Shown here: piece after piece, positions 28,747 through 39,208 of the stretch
Numbering within the stretch: position 1 is the first letter of the stretch
How the letters are laid out: each line of letters begins with the position of its first letter
Source of the DNA: Verrucomicrobia bacterium UBA1183
GTDB lineage: Bacteria > Verrucomicrobiota > Verrucomicrobiia > Opitutales > UBA9783
Length of the DNA stretch: 55,010 nt
Assembly: GCA_002309885.1 (NCBI GenBank)
Contig: DBYP01000019.1
Coordinates: 8,153-63,162, forward strand
Direction of reading: 5' to 3'
Position numbers and translations under genes: made by a program
Notes under the pieces: generated by a model
What the model was told of the DNA's origin: nothing
The model's database searches: none
The model's input: the letters and a program-made list of their open reading frames with translations, nothing else

Positions 28747-29451
28747 ATGAAAAAAAAGGTTCGTGGATTTACTTTGTTTGAAGTGCTAATGGCCTCATCG
28801 TTAGCTTGCATTACATTGGCCTGTATGGTGCAGTTTTTCCTAACACAATTAAATCAGTATCGGCTAATTGCGGGTAATAATCAGTTGAGTGAGAATGTAC
28901 GTATTTTTTCAAAATTTTTTGAAAAGGATACGCATAATTCTTTGGAGTTTTATGTGTTTGAAGATTTAGATGAAGCTTTAAATTTCACGAAAGGAACCAC
29001 AGAAGTTACAATTCCTAAAACAGGTAATTGTGTTTTATTTGTAACCGAAAGAGGTATGGTCAGTGGAGGGCGAGGTGTTGTTTATTATGTTGGAGACCAA
29101 ACACAGGTGAATGGAGTAACGTGTTATCCTTTTTATCGGGCCATTGTTTCGTTTACATCACAGAAAAAAATATCCGAAACGGAAGAAGATTTATCTAAAT
29201 TACCTTTGGGCTACATAAAAAGTGATGAAGATAGCTTCTCACAACAATTTACATTGCTTGAAGACACCGGTATATTTTTCCACGTAGAGCATAAGCGTTT
29301 CGGTCGTAAGACATCAGCTGACTATCCTCATGTTGCGGGCTGTCGGCATGGTATTTATGTCGGAACGACGCTCGTACAACCGGGATTAAAGGGAGAAGCT
29401 TCGGCAACACCCATAAATTTTTGCTTCTATTCAAGAAATCCCCGTTTTTGA
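28747..29451 (+). CDS. Prepilin-type (type IV pilin / T2SS pseudopilin) protein
   Basis: MKKKVRG|FTLFEVLMA class III signal peptide with E+5 and a hydrophobic helix. Confidence 0.8.
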   Translation: MKKKVRGFTLFEVLMASSLACITLACMVQFFLTQLNQYRLIAGNNQLSENVRIFSKFFEKDTHNSLEFYVFEDLDEALNFTKGTTEVTIPKTGNCVLFVTERGMVSGGRGVVYYVGDQTQVNGVTCYPFYRAIVSFTSQKKISETEEDLSKLPLGYIKSDEDSFSQQFTLLEDTGIFFHVEHKRFGRKTSADYPHVAGCRHGIYVGTTLVQPGLKGEASATPINFCFYSRNPRF

Positions 29452-29500
29452 ACGATAAAAAGCTTGCTGACTTTTTTAATACAGCCCATTATGAATTTTT

Positions 29501-30658
29501 GTGTTGTTTTTTTATCAAACGGCTGAACGAAATTCTCATTTGCGCTGGCATTATCAATGGGCATGTTCGCGATATGCTTGTTTGCGACATTTGTTGAAAA
29601 ACAATAAGCTTATTTATCAATTTATTTCCCTGGATGAGATTCTCAAAAAGAATTGGGCAAAACGTGAAAAAAAGCGTTACGATGTAAAAATTTGGGTTCT
29701 ATTTTTAGAAAAACTTTTTGCTCAAATGGTTCGTGGTAATTCGCTTTTGTTGGCATTGAAGTCTTTGCAAAACGATCTTCGCTTACCGCGGACATTTATT
29801 TACCATTCCATAAATTATTTAGAAAACGGTATGTATATTTATCCTCTGTGGGAAAGCGAAAAAGTTCCTTTTCCGTACCATTGCAAAAAATTGCTGCAAT
29901 GTGCCGAAACCGGTGGCTATTTGCATGAAGGATTAAAGAAAGTCATTACATTTCTAAGTTTACAAGCGGATGCTAAGCATCAACTACAGCGCTGCTTTAT
30001 TTATCCCTGTTGCGTCCTGGGTGTTTCACTGATATTTGCCGGGACGTTGGCATTAACACTGATTCCCAAAATAGAGGATTTTTGTTATCAACAAAACATC
30101 GCTGTCAATGGATTTACCTCGCTTTTATTTGTCCTAAGCCATCACTTTTGTGGTATTTTAATTAGCGTAACGGTAAGTCTTATGGGTGTAGAATTTCTAT
30201 TGAAGGTAAGAAAGTTGTCCCTTCGGCAGTACTTTATTGAAAAAATGGGTGGGGCTTTGCTGTATAGCCAATTTGCGATGAATTTGTCCGCATTGCTAAG
30301 CAGCGGGCTTGCCTTAAGCGAATGTTTGAAATTAACGGTACCCATCTTTAGAGGTAAATTTTCTCTGGATCGCATTCTTCTAAATCTCGGGAATGGTCAA
30401 ACGCTTTCGGAAGCCTTGGCTCAATTTCCGGCGGAATTTCGCAGCGTTTTGCAAACTGCCGAAGTGGCCGGTCAATATCCTCCTGCATTAGATCACTTAT
30501 CTAAGATCTATTACCAACGTTTCCAAAATACATTACAACAATGGATTAAATGGCTCGAACCTCTAAGTATCATCTTGGTTGCAGGATTTGTTTTTGTGAT
30601 ACTTCTTGCCCTGTTTTATCCTTTATTGCAGACATTCGAAAATCTGCCATTAATGTAA
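29501..30658 (+). CDS. T2SS F / PilC family inner-membrane platform protein
   Basis: AETGGYL...L, FIYP, L.ALLSSGL.L, AEVAG, LEPLSII...LALFYPL. Confidence 0.88.
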   Translation: MLFFYQTAERNSHLRWHYQWACSRYACLRHLLKNNKLIYQFISLDEILKKNWAKREKKRYDVKIWVLFLEKLFAQMVRGNSLLLALKSLQNDLRLPRTFIYHSINYLENGMYIYPLWESEKVPFPYHCKKLLQCAETGGYLHEGLKKVITFLSLQADAKHQLQRCFIYPCCVLGVSLIFAGTLALTLIPKIEDFCYQQNIAVNGFTSLLFVLSHHFCGILISVTVSLMGVEFLLKVRKLSLRQYFIEKMGGALLYSQFAMNLSALLSSGLALSECLKLTVPIFRGKFSLDRILLNLGNGQTLSEALAQFPAEFRSVLQTAEVAGQYPPALDHLSKIYYQRFQNTLQQWIKWLEPLSIILVAGFVFVILLALFYPLLQTFENLPLM

Positions 30659-30673
30659 CAAGAGAGTAACTTA

Positions 30674-30703
30674 TAAGGGAACTTTTGAAAAAAGTTTCCC
30701 TTA
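30674..30703. repeat. Hairpin-1 module of the repeat; probable bidirectional terminator
   Basis: TAAGGGAACTTTTGAAAAAAGTTTCCCTTA between convergent genes, overlapping the stop codon of 30701-31162. Confidence 0.8.
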
Positions 30704-31162
30704 TTCTAAATAAAACAGCACATCGGTGCCGTAAACTTCGGAAACTTTAAGGTTTGATGCGATGGCGCTTTTTAAGGGTACATTTTTACGTAAGAAAAAT
30801 CGGATAGAGGGGATGCATTTATTGATAAGTTCTTCTGCGGTAAATTCTCCAAAAGCAATGCCGTCGGGGTTGTCCGCTGTTTTCATTTGACCGGATAATG
30901 TATCTACAAACAAGCTAGCTTTGTCGGCTAAATTGAACCAGCGATCTACAGGAAAAGCGGTAGGGAATTTCTGGTAGGTTTGAAAGTAATTCAAAAAAGC
31001 TTCTTGATATCGAAGTCCATCGGCTTTTTTAGACAACGTTCCTGCTTGCTCTTTGGCTTGTTGTCCAAGGTGAAAAGAGAACCCGGACAACACCGCGATG
31101 GCCGTCAAAACGATCAACAATTCTACCAGTGTAAAACCGTACGGAGACCGTTTCACGTTCAT
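30701..31162 (-). CDS. Prepilin-type (GspG-like) pseudopilin (start corrected to 31162)
   Basis: MNVKRSPYG|FTLVELLIVLTAIAVL; AFLNYFQTYQKFP. Confidence 0.82.
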   Translation of the reverse strand: MNVKRSPYGFTLVELLIVLTAIAVLSGFSFHLGQQAKEQAGTLSKKADGLRYQEAFLNYFQTYQKFPTAFPVDRWFNLADKASLFVDTLSGQMKTADNPDGIAFGEFTAEELINKCIPSIRFFLRKNVPLKSAIASNLKVSEVYGTDVLFYLE

Positions 31163-31164
31163 GC

Positions 31165-32160
31165 TCAAATCATTCCGGCTTTCCGATAAACCTTCGCCAT
31201 CATACGATTGGCACATTTTTGAGCAAATTCACGACCCTTATCCAAAACCGATTGCAGATAAGTTTGATCGGCCATAAGCTCAGCGTACTTTGCCTGTATG
31301 GGCTTCAAATGCTCGATAACCGCCTCTGCAACAACGTTCTTAAATGTTCCGTAATCATACGACCTGTACTGATTTTCGACCGCCTCAATGGATTGTTCCG
31401 TTACAGCTGCAAAAATCTCGACCAGATTGGTAATTCCGGGCTTTTCTGGATCGCAATAAATTCCCGATCCGGAATCCGTTACTGCAGATCTGAATTTCTT
31501 CTGAATATCTTCCGGTGACTCAAAAAGGAAAACGGTACCCTTCTTATTTGCATCGGATTTGGACATCTTTTTTGTCGGATTTTGCAGCGAATAAACACGT
31601 GCGCAGGTTTTCAAAATATAAGGTTCGGGAACCTTGAACGTTTCCGAATAAGTTTGATTGAATTTAATTGCTAAGTCGCGCGTCAATTCAACGTGCTGCT
31701 TTTGATCTTCACCAACCGGGACGCAATCGGCGTTATAAAGCAAAATGTCCGCTGCCATCAATATGGGATAGTATAGCAATCCGCTGCCAACGAAATCATT
31801 ATTTTCGCTCTTGGATTTGAACTGTGTCATGCGAAACAGCTGTCCGACCGGTGTCAGGCAGCCCAAAATCCAAGATAGTTCGGTATGCCCGACCACAGAA
31901 GACTGGGCGAACATGTGACTCGATTCCGGATCCAGGCCGCATGCCAAATACTGCGCCAACATGCTATAAGTCCGCTTGCGCAATTCCGCGGGAACATAGG
32001 GCGGCACCGTTATTGAATGCAAATTTGGGATGAAGAAAAAACATTCGTAATCGTGTTGCAGCGTACGCCAATTTTTCACAGCACCCAAATAATTGCCTAG
32101 GTGAAACATTCCCGTAGGCTGTGCTCCTGTAACAATGATTTTCTTCTGCTTTTCTTCCAT
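31165..32160 (-). CDS. trpS: Tryptophan--tRNA ligase
   Basis: TGAQPTG..HLGNYLGA, YPILMAADIL, VPVGEDQKQH, KMSKS. Confidence 0.98.
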   Translation of the reverse strand: MEEKQKKIIVTGAQPTGMFHLGNYLGAVKNWRTLQHDYECFFFIPNLHSITVPPYVPAELRKRTYSMLAQYLACGLDPESSHMFAQSSVVGHTELSWILGCLTPVGQLFRMTQFKSKSENNDFVGSGLLYYPILMAADILLYNADCVPVGEDQKQHVELTRDLAIKFNQTYSETFKVPEPYILKTCARVYSLQNPTKKMSKSDANKKGTVFLFESPEDIQKKFRSAVTDSGSGIYCDPEKPGITNLVEIFAAVTEQSIEAVENQYRSYDYGTFKNVVAEAVIEHLKPIQAKYAELMADQTYLQSVLDKGREFAQKCANRMMAKVYRKAGMI

Positions 32161-32163
32161 AAA

Positions 32164-32607
32164 TTATTGTTCCGAAACGGGGGTGCGTTCGATGCCATCC
32201 AAGATAACATCCACGCGGACATTCTTAACAACACCCAAGTATTTGGTGATAATCTGTTGCACCTTTTCTTGACATTGCATAGAGATCTGCTCAAACGCTT
32301 GATCTTGGAAAATACGAACGTGCAGCTGAATGCAAAGAAGATGTTTCCGATCGCTTAAATGAATGTGGCTGATACGCCCCAAATTTAGTTCCGTGCCGAT
32401 GTTATCAATGAGTCGCAAGATTGCATTACGTGTGACAAAGAGCTCACCCAGATCGTTGCATGATGTCCTTATGGGTAAATTACGTAAACGATAACGATGG
32501 ACGCAGAGGACCAAAATCAGCAACAAAGTTAAACCTAAAAGCCAGTAACCACAGACACCGCAAGACTCCCACAGTGTCTCGAAGAAGGTCTTAAAATCGA
32601 ACATCAT
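32164..32607 (-). CDS. AmaP-like alkaline shock response membrane anchor protein
   Basis: TM followed by an Asp23-like domain; directly downstream of the Asp23 gene. Confidence 0.6.
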   Translation of the reverse strand: MMFDFKTFFETLWESCGVCGYWLLGLTLLLILVLCVHRYRLRNLPIRTSCNDLGELFVTRNAILRLIDNIGTELNLGRISHIHLSDRKHLLCIQLHVRIFQDQAFEQISMQCQEKVQQIITKYLGVVKNVRVDVILDGIERTPVSEQ

Positions 32608-32612
32608 AGACG

Positions 32613-33050
32613 TTACCCTTCAACAACAGGTTCCTTATCGGCTTCTTTGGGAGCTGGTGTTTTTACGCCATCGATAATAACATCCACACGATCGACGGGT
32701 TTCATCGTCATACGAAGTACATGTTCAGAAACGCTTTTCTGGATATCAGCGCCCACCTTTGCCAGCTCATAACCGAAAAGCAAGTTTACTTTAACTTCGA
32801 TAACGTACTCGCCGACCTCATTTTCTGAAACACGAACACCGCGTTCGGAATCTTTTTTGGAAAACATTTCTGCGATACCTTCAACGAAACCACCGCCTAC
32901 CGAGTGGACACCTTCCACTTGTTGCGTTGCTAAACGTACAATGTTTGCAACCACGCTGTGATTAATTTTTATATCGCCCATCACGCCCGATTCGCTGTTC
33001 TTGGGAAACGGAACCTTTACGCCATCCATGTTCTTGGGTTCTTCGCTCAT
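32613..33050 (-). CDS. Asp23/Gls24 family protein
   Basis: [31 protein letters not shown]...V..MT...VDV.IDGV; follows accC as YqhY does. Confidence 0.9.
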   Translation of the reverse strand: MSEEPKNMDGVKVPFPKNSESGVMGDIKINHSVVANIVRLATQQVEGVHSVGGGFVEGIAEMFSKKDSERGVRVSENEVGEYVIEVKVNLLFGYELAKVGADIQKSVSEHVLRMTMKPVDRVDVIIDGVKTPAPKEADKEPVVEG

Positions 33051-34417
33051 TTTTGTACTTTCGTTTTTTCAGATATCCTATTTAAAAAAGTTTCCATGTA
33101 CTTTGTGGTAATCTTGCCCTCGCGATACGTTGGATCCAACATAATCTTTTTACACAACGGAATGGTTGTCTTAATACCATGGACGATGTATTCGCTCAAA
33201 GCACGATGCATACGCTCAATGGCTTCTTCACGTGTATCACCGGTCGCAATTAGCTTGCCGATCATACTATCATAATAAGGCGGTATCGAATAATCTCCGT
33301 ACACATGAGAATCCACACGAATCCCTTTCCCTCCAGGAGCATAATAAAAGTCAATATGTCCCGGACATGGCAAGAAATTATTGTCAGGATCTTCAGCATT
33401 GATGCGGCATTCAATCGCGTGGCACTTGCAAGAAACATCCTTCTGTTCCAGTGTCAAATGTTCACCATTTGCAATACGGATCTGCCATTTTACCAAATCG
33501 ATTCCCATGGCTTCTTCGGTGACCGTATGCTCTACCTGGATGCGGGTATTCATCTCGATGAAGTAGAAATTGCCATGCTTGTCGACCAAGAACTCTAAAG
33601 TTCCAACACCTTCGTAATGGCACGCTTGAGCCAATTTGACCGCCGCTTTACCCATTTTAGCCCGCAAGGAGCTATCCAAAAAATCGGAAGGCGCTTCCTC
33701 TACCAATTTTTGATAGCGGCGTTGCAAGGAGCAATCTCTCTCTCCTAAATGGATGACGTGTCCGTAAGAGTCTGCCAGAATTTGGAATTCGATATGCCGC
33801 GGTTCTTCGATGTATTTTTCCACATAGACGGCGCCATTATTGAAAGCCTTTTCAGCCTCCATTTGAGCCGTACGAAATTCTTTGGTAAACGCGACCGCAT
33901 TGTGCGCAATACGCATGCCTTTACCACCACCACCGGCTGCGGCTTTAATGATAACAGGATAGCCGATCTGATTGGCAATCTTCAATCCAGCTTTCTCATC
34001 AATGATCGTATCTTTGCTACCGGGAACCGTCGGAACACCCGCTTTTATCGCCATTTGACGCGCTAAAACTTTATCGCCCATCATGCGAATGGTTTGCGAG
34101 GAAGGGCCAATAAATTTCAAATTGCAAGCCTCGCATTGTTCAGCGAAGGTTGCATTTTCAGATAAAAAGCCATATCCTGGATGGATTGCATCCACATCAC
34201 CCAATTCGGCGGCACTTATAATACGATCTGCTTTCAGGTAGCTCTGCGCTGCCTGCGAAGGGCCAATGCAAATAGCTTCATCGGCTAATTGAACCGGCAA
34301 AGATTGTTCGTCGGCTTCCGAATAGACGGCCAATGTCTTTATGCCCAATTCTCGACAGGCACGAACAACTCGAAGCGCTATCTCACCTCGATTAGCAACT
34401 AAAACCTTACGAATCAT
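33047..34417 (-). CDS. accC: Acetyl-CoA carboxylase, biotin carboxylase subunit
   Basis: [52 protein letters not shown]. Confidence 0.98.
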   Translation of the reverse strand: MIRKVLVANRGEIALRVVRACRELGIKTLAVYSEADEQSLPVQLADEAICIGPSQAAQSYLKADRIISAAELGDVDAIHPGYGFLSENATFAEQCEACNLKFIGPSSQTIRMMGDKVLARQMAIKAGVPTVPGSKDTIIDEKAGLKIANQIGYPVIIKAAAGGGGKGMRIAHNAVAFTKEFRTAQMEAEKAFNNGAVYVEKYIEEPRHIEFQILADSYGHVIHLGERDCSLQRRYQKLVEEAPSDFLDSSLRAKMGKAAVKLAQACHYEGVGTLEFLVDKHGNFYFIEMNTRIQVEHTVTEEAMGIDLVKWQIRIANGEHLTLEQKDVSCKCHAIECRINAEDPDNNFLPCPGHIDFYYAPGGKGIRVDSHVYGDYSIPPYYDSMIGKLIATGDTREEAIERMHRALSEYIVHGIKTTIPLCKKIMLDPTYREGKITTKYMETFLNRISEKTKVQK

Positions 34418-34423
34418 GATGCA

Positions 34424-34876
34424 TTAAAGTTGTACTTTAAACAAGGGTTGGCCGTATTCGACCGCCGTTCCGTTCTTTGCAAGAATCTCAACGATTTTAC
34501 CGGAACAATCCGCACGAACTTCATTCATAACCTTCATGGCTTCCAAAATGCAAACCACCGTTTCAGCGGAAACTTGCGTACCTTCGGTAACATACGGCGC
34601 ACTGTCCGGCGAAGGTGATGCATAGAAAGTTCCGACCATAGGCGATTTTATAACGAAAATATTCTTATCTTCTTTCGGAGCTGGTGCAACCGGTGCTGTA
34701 GGCAAATGAGCCTCGGCTGGTAAACTCGCTACCATTGGTTGAGCAACGGTAACCACTTCGGGCGTTTTGCATTCTCTCTTAAGAGACAGCTTCAAATTCT
34801 CTTCTTCAAGGCTTAACTCAGCAATCCCTGAATTTTCCATTAATTTCACAATTTCTTGTAGCTCTTGAACTTTCAT
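34424..34876 (-). CDS. accB: Biotin carboxyl carrier protein
   Basis: SPMVGTFY, EAMKVMNE biotinylation motif. Confidence 0.97.
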   Translation of the reverse strand: MKVQELQEIVKLMENSGIAELSLEEENLKLSLKRECKTPEVVTVAQPMVASLPAEAHLPTAPVAPAPKEDKNIFVIKSPMVGTFYASPSPDSAPYVTEGTQVSAETVVCILEAMKVMNEVRADCSGKIVEILAKNGTAVEYGQPLFKVQL

Positions 34877-34923
34877 GACCTTAAATGATATAGTTGCACA
34901 AACATATTTTTTGGCAACAAAAT

Positions 34924-35883
34924 TTATATTCTTTCTCCCAAATAAAACGTCAAAACGCTAATTTTATCGTTGCGCAAAACTTCTATAGCACATGGATCAT
35001 TGGGAGAAGAAAGGAACATAAAATTCTTGAAAGACTCGACGGCATCTACTTCATTGCCATTGACTTTTAACAAAATATCACCCTCCTTGAATCCTGCCTT
35101 ATCCGCAGGAGAAGCCGGATTTACTTTCAATACTTGCAAATGCAATTCGTTGCGCTTATTGTCAAAAACCGCTTGCGTATTAAGTCCGACGTAACAATAG
35201 CGTACGCGACCAAAAACCAGCAAATCTTGAAAAGCTTTGCAAAGACCGCACAGCGGCATAAAGAAACTTTCATTTGCGCCCTCGATGGCATGCAGCAACA
35301 TCCCTTGCAATTCACCTTTAGTATCGATAACCGCGCCGCCACAATCACCACCGTCCATTTTCAACGTACTACGGATCAATGTCATAGGCCATTCATCATC
35401 AAAACAACGATGATTAAATCCCGTAATGTGGCCCTTTTGTGGAGCAACATTCAACCCAAATTTGCAGGATAAGCTTAAGAGTTCCTGTCCCATTTCGGGC
35501 CAACGATCGCGCTGCATTAAAGAGAAAAACGGAACCTGTATATTCCCATTGTTGGCCTTAAGCAAACAGAGGGAAGTTATCGCATCCTCGCCGATCTTAT
35601 CTGCCAAAAAACGCTGTCCCGATGCCGTCTCTACCGAAAAATCCTCGCCACCAATAACCGACGTTAAGACGTGACCGTTTTCGCTTACAAAAAAACCGCT
35701 CGCGATTTGGAAAGCATCGCCTTGACGATATTTTACTCGAACTACAGCGTTACTATGCTGCTTGTAAAGCGCCTGCAAATCCAATGGTGCAGACGATAAA
35801 TCCCCAGCGCTTAAACAAGCCTGAGGAAAGATAAGATAAAATGAACAAAAAAGGTTAAAAAGGCTTAATATCTTTTGCATCAC
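34924..35883 (-). CDS. HtrA/S1C-fold protein with PDZ domain, catalytic triad substituted
   Basis: ASGFFVSENGHVLT, GDCGGAV, SPADKAGFKEGDILLKVNG; signal peptide. Confidence 0.85.
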   Translation of the reverse strand: MMQKILSLFNLFCSFYLIFPQACLSAGDLSSAPLDLQALYKQHSNAVVRVKYRQGDAFQIASGFFVSENGHVLTSVIGGEDFSVETASGQRFLADKIGEDAITSLCLLKANNGNIQVPFFSLMQRDRWPEMGQELLSLSCKFGLNVAPQKGHITGFNHRCFDDEWPMTLIRSTLKMDGGDCGGAVIDTKGELQGMLLHAIEGANESFFMPLCGLCKAFQDLLVFGRVRYCYVGLNTQAVFDNKRNELHLQVLKVNPASPADKAGFKEGDILLKVNGNEVDAVESFKNFMFLSSPNDPCAIEVLRNDKISVLTFYLGERI

Positions 35884-36270
35884 CTAAAAAGAAAAACAGT
35901 TTGGCGCTGCGCTTGCAACCATTTTCTTTTGAATAACACTTTTTGCCAAAGCATTCGACGTTGATTTTAAAACGGAGCTACGGCATTCATTCAAAGATAC
36001 TGGCTGCGAAATCACATTATAACGTTCTCTGTTGTTGGAAGAAAAACTCAATCCTAACAAAACCATTACGGTGCAAGCGACGGTCAATGGGGAGAAACGA
36101 TACAGTATACCCACCCATTGCGAGAACCAAGAACATTTCTTCTGTATAGGTGTTAAATCTAATTTTGTACGCAAGTCAGCATCAAACGCCGTCCAGAAAG
36201 CTTCTGTGGGCATCTCATAACGCTTTAATTTTAGCAAAGCTCCTAATTTTAAGTCCTGTTGTTCTATCAT
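35884..36270 (-). CDS. Putative anti-sigma factor
   Basis: LLKLKRYE.P..AFW..F; single TM; ATGA-coupled to the ECF sigma factor. Confidence 0.65.
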   Translation of the reverse strand: MIEQQDLKLGALLKLKRYEMPTEAFWTAFDADLRTKLDLTPIQKKCSWFSQWVGILYRFSPLTVACTVMVLLGLSFSSNNRERYNVISQPVSLNECRSSVLKSTSNALAKSVIQKKMVASAAPNCFSF

Positions 36271-36884
36271 TTTTCTAAATAATCTTTCAATAATTGCTTC
36301 AATTGCTCTTTGGCATAGTGCAGGCGCGAACGAACGGTTCCTTCCGAACAGCCCAGGATTTTACCGATTTCCGCGTGATTCATGCCTTCAATCTCAAATA
36401 AAACAATCACTGTTCTATGAGTAATAGACAATTTTTGAAGCGCTTCGTTCAATTTTTCTTGCAATTCTTTTAATAAAGTTTGTTTGTCACCCTTTTCTCC
36501 TTTGGGATCTTTTAGTAAAAACTCAGGTACGGCCTCATCATCCGGCGAAAAATTTTCCAAACTTAAAGCGCGGCGTGCCTTCCTTTTTTGCAGAAATGTA
36601 AGTGTGGTATTGGTCGCAATTCGGTACAACCAAGTGTAAACTTGTGAATCACCTTTAAAACTTCCCATGGCTTTGAATGCCTTTACGAAAACATCTTGCA
36701 ATAAATCCGCCGTATCCTCCTTGTTCCCCGTCATATTGTAAATGATACCAAACAAACGTCGCTGGTATTTCCTTACAAAAAAATCGAACGCCCGACGATT
36801 CCCTTCTTTGAACTTCGACAACCAGCGCAAATCTTCTTCATTCGAAGTTTGTCCTATCTCCTGTCTCTGGTCGCTATCATCCAT
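36267..36884 (-). CDS. ECF RNA polymerase sigma factor (RpoE-like; likely start 36884)
   Basis: DLLQDVFVKAF, TWLYRIATN, EIGKILGCSEGTVRSRLHYAK. Confidence 0.93.
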   Translation of the reverse strand: MDDSDQRQEIGQTSNEEDLRWLSKFKEGNRRAFDFFVRKYQRRLFGIIYNMTGNKEDTADLLQDVFVKAFKAMGSFKGDSQVYTWLYRIATNTTLTFLQKRKARRALSLENFSPDDEAVPEFLLKDPKGEKGDKQTLLKELQEKLNEALQKLSITHRTVIVLFEIEGMNHAEIGKILGCSEGTVRSRLHYAKEQLKQLLKDYLEK

Positions 36885-37077
36885 TATATTTCTATAAATA
36901 AAGGTTACAACGTCTTCCAGCCCCGTCAATTAAAAACAAAGGGTATTACAGAACTTGGAAATTCATTTTCTTGTCTTTTCACAATTTCCAAAAATTTTTA
37001 TCAATTAAAGCTAAAAGACAGATTCTTATAAGTTAAGATTGTTTTTAATTTAAAAAGCGTTAGAATTTTGAATTCGT

Positions 37078-38787
37078 ATGGATTGGAAAGATTTATGGAT
37101 CAACCTTTGGGGAATTTTTTGGATGTTACTATTTTTTGGTGGATCCATATTTATTCACGAATTTGGGCATTTCATCATAGCCAAAAAGCGCGGATTGCAT
37201 GTCCCCAAGTTTTCCATCGGTTTTGGTCCTAAATTGTTTTCTTGGAAACGTGGTGAAACGGAATACTGTATCGCTTTGTTCCCTTTAGGAGGCTATGTTG
37301 CTTTGCCTCAAATGGGCGAAATTCCGGTGTTGGAAGGGAAATCTTCGCACGCGGTAGTTCCTTTAAGCTTTACGGACAAATTCTTGGTCGCTGTTATGGG
37401 TGCGGTATTCAATCTGCTCCTGGCTTTCGTTTTGGCATGTATCCTTTGGATCATTGGTCTGCGCGTTCCCGCTCAAGATCGTACAACAGAAATTGGTTAT
37501 ATTTTGCCAGAATATCAAGGCGAAGCAACACCCGCTGTGAAAGCCGGATTGCGGAAAGGTGATAAAATTTTGGCCGTCGATAATGTGGCTGTTGAAACTT
37601 TTTCGGAAATTGAAAAAGCGATCATCTTGGGTTCAGGTCGAAGTGACAACGGCATACCCCAAGTAAAACTTACTTATGAGCGAAACGGCAATATCCACAA
37701 TGCAGTTTTAAATTTAAGGATGATAGAAACAAATCCATTAACCAAGGACGAAATCCGCTTCAGTGGCATTTTGGCACCTCGGCAAGTGTTGCAAGTAGAT
37801 GGCTTTGAAGCAGGTTCTTCGGGAGAAAAAAGTGGACTCAAACTGGGCGATATTTTATTAAAAGTTGATGGTAACGAACTGTATTCGTTCGTGGATTTAC
37901 GCGATTATCTTAATAATCAAAAGCCACAGCAGGTGCGTTTACAGATAAAACGCGGTCATGAAATAACCGAATTGTTGTGCGACGTGAAATCGGAGCCTTA
38001 CCAACGCGCGTGGCTGCGCTATGGAACAGATAGCGATTATATTGATTTTTATGACCGAGAAGGCGAGATTGGCGTTTTAGAAGTTGGCGGAACTTTGTTT
38101 TCGGCAGTTCCGGAAGAGGGTGTTTTGACGTCATGTAATGGTATACGGCTCAACAGTTTGGATCATCTGAGACAAATTCTGTCCGACCCGACACATCGTA
38201 CAATCATGTTGGAAGTAATCAAAAAAGAAAAACAACTGATTGCCATTCGCCATGCAGGCAACAAAGTCCAGAATCATGCCGCAGAAAGTGTACAGCGCTT
38301 GGGCGTGTTTTTTGCACAAACAACGATAATTATACACGATAATCCTGTAAAACAGTTTAGACAAGCGATCCTGTCGACGATAGAAACCCTGAACAGCTTA
38401 GCTAATAAAAATTCGGATATTAAAGTTCAGCATTTAATGGGTGCACCGGGAATCATGCGCCTATTGCACCACTTTTCAACGAACGATTTTCGGCGATTGT
38501 TGTGGTTTATTGTGCTGCTCAACATAAATTTGGCAATATTGAATCTGCTACCCATTCCGGTTTTGGATGGTGGTCATATCTTATTTGCATTTTTGGAAAA
38601 ACTGTTCCGCCGACCCTTGCCACAAAATTTCGTTATCGGACTGCAGAACATATTCGTAATATTGTTTTTAGGTTTGATGGCTTACGTTATCTTTTTCGAT
38701 GTACGACGCTGGCAAGGCGATATCGAAAGTGAGCATTCTCAACAACGAATCGAAAAGCTAACAATTTCGATAGATAAAGCTCGTTAA
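37078..38787 (+). CDS. rseP: RIP metalloprotease RseP (M50) with PDZ domains
   Basis: HEFGH, FSIGFGP, PLGGYV, NLLPIPVLDGGH. Confidence 0.95.
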   Translation: MDWKDLWINLWGIFWMLLFFGGSIFIHEFGHFIIAKKRGLHVPKFSIGFGPKLFSWKRGETEYCIALFPLGGYVALPQMGEIPVLEGKSSHAVVPLSFTDKFLVAVMGAVFNLLLAFVLACILWIIGLRVPAQDRTTEIGYILPEYQGEATPAVKAGLRKGDKILAVDNVAVETFSEIEKAIILGSGRSDNGIPQVKLTYERNGNIHNAVLNLRMIETNPLTKDEIRFSGILAPRQVLQVDGFEAGSSGEKSGLKLGDILLKVDGNELYSFVDLRDYLNNQKPQQVRLQIKRGHEITELLCDVKSEPYQRAWLRYGTDSDYIDFYDREGEIGVLEVGGTLFSAVPEEGVLTSCNGIRLNSLDHLRQILSDPTHRTIMLEVIKKEKQLIAIRHAGNKVQNHAAESVQRLGVFFAQTTIIIHDNPVKQFRQAILSTIETLNSLANKNSDIKVQHLMGAPGIMRLLHHFSTNDFRRLLWFIVLLNINLAILNLLPIPVLDGGHILFAFLEKLFRRPLPQNFVIGLQNIFVILFLGLMAYVIFFDVRRWQGDIESEHSQQRIEKLTISIDKAR

Positions 38788-38808
38788 TAACGATAGTAAC
38801 AAAATCAT

Positions 38809-38893
38809 AAAGGGAGAATTTTTCAAGAAGCTCCCTTATTTTACTCTGGCAATTGTTTTCCGTAATGTGTCTATTTTGTGTAGACATATTCTA
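38809..38893 (-). repeat. Partial modular repeat (terminal motif plus hairpin 1)
   Basis: Minus strand reads TAGAATATGTCTACA...AAGGGAGCTTCTTGAAAAATTCTCCCTT, the same order as the 49821 copy. Confidence 0.7.
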
Positions 38894-38938
38894 ATTACAC
38901 ATTGCACTGAGAAGTACCTCTTTATTTTTGGCCTGATC

Positions 38939-38966
38939 AAAAAAAACTCCCTAAAAATAGGGAGTG
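38939..38966 (-). terminator. Terminator downstream of tRNA-Val
   Basis: ACTCCCT-ATTTTT-AGGGAGT followed by a T tract on the minus strand. Confidence 0.8.
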
Positions 38967-38994
38967 CTGTAGGTATACTTGTAAAAATCCAACC

Positions 38995-39071
38995 TGGTAG
39001 ACGGTGTAGGACTCGAACCTACGACCCACTGGGTGTAGACCAGTAGCTCTAACCAACTGAGCTAACCGTCC
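38995..39071 (-). tRNA. tRNA-Val(TAC)
   Basis: GGACGGT...ACTGG-TCTACAC-CCAGT...GTAGG-TTCGAGT-CCTAC-ACCGTCT-ACCA. Confidence 0.93.
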
Positions 39072-39208
39072 ATTAATGGATACAGTTCGAGTAAGTACTA
39101 TTTATTATGGATGTGCAAGTTTTTTTTCAAAAAATTTACAGAAAGTTTTTGTTGGCTACAAAAATGCTCCTATTTATGAGAAATTATCAACACTAAAGGA
39201 TATTAAAT

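Noticed and set aside
29491-29526. Phase-variable frameshift at the T7 tract near the start of the GspF/PilC gene
   Set aside because: Losing one T would join ATG 29491 to the ORF, but an in-frame GTG exists and T7 runs are common in this AT-rich DNA
39030-39045. Amber-suppressor (CTA) reading of the tRNA at 38995-39071
   Set aside because: Centring the loop on CTA destroys the anticodon stem; TAC fits the perfect 5-bp stem
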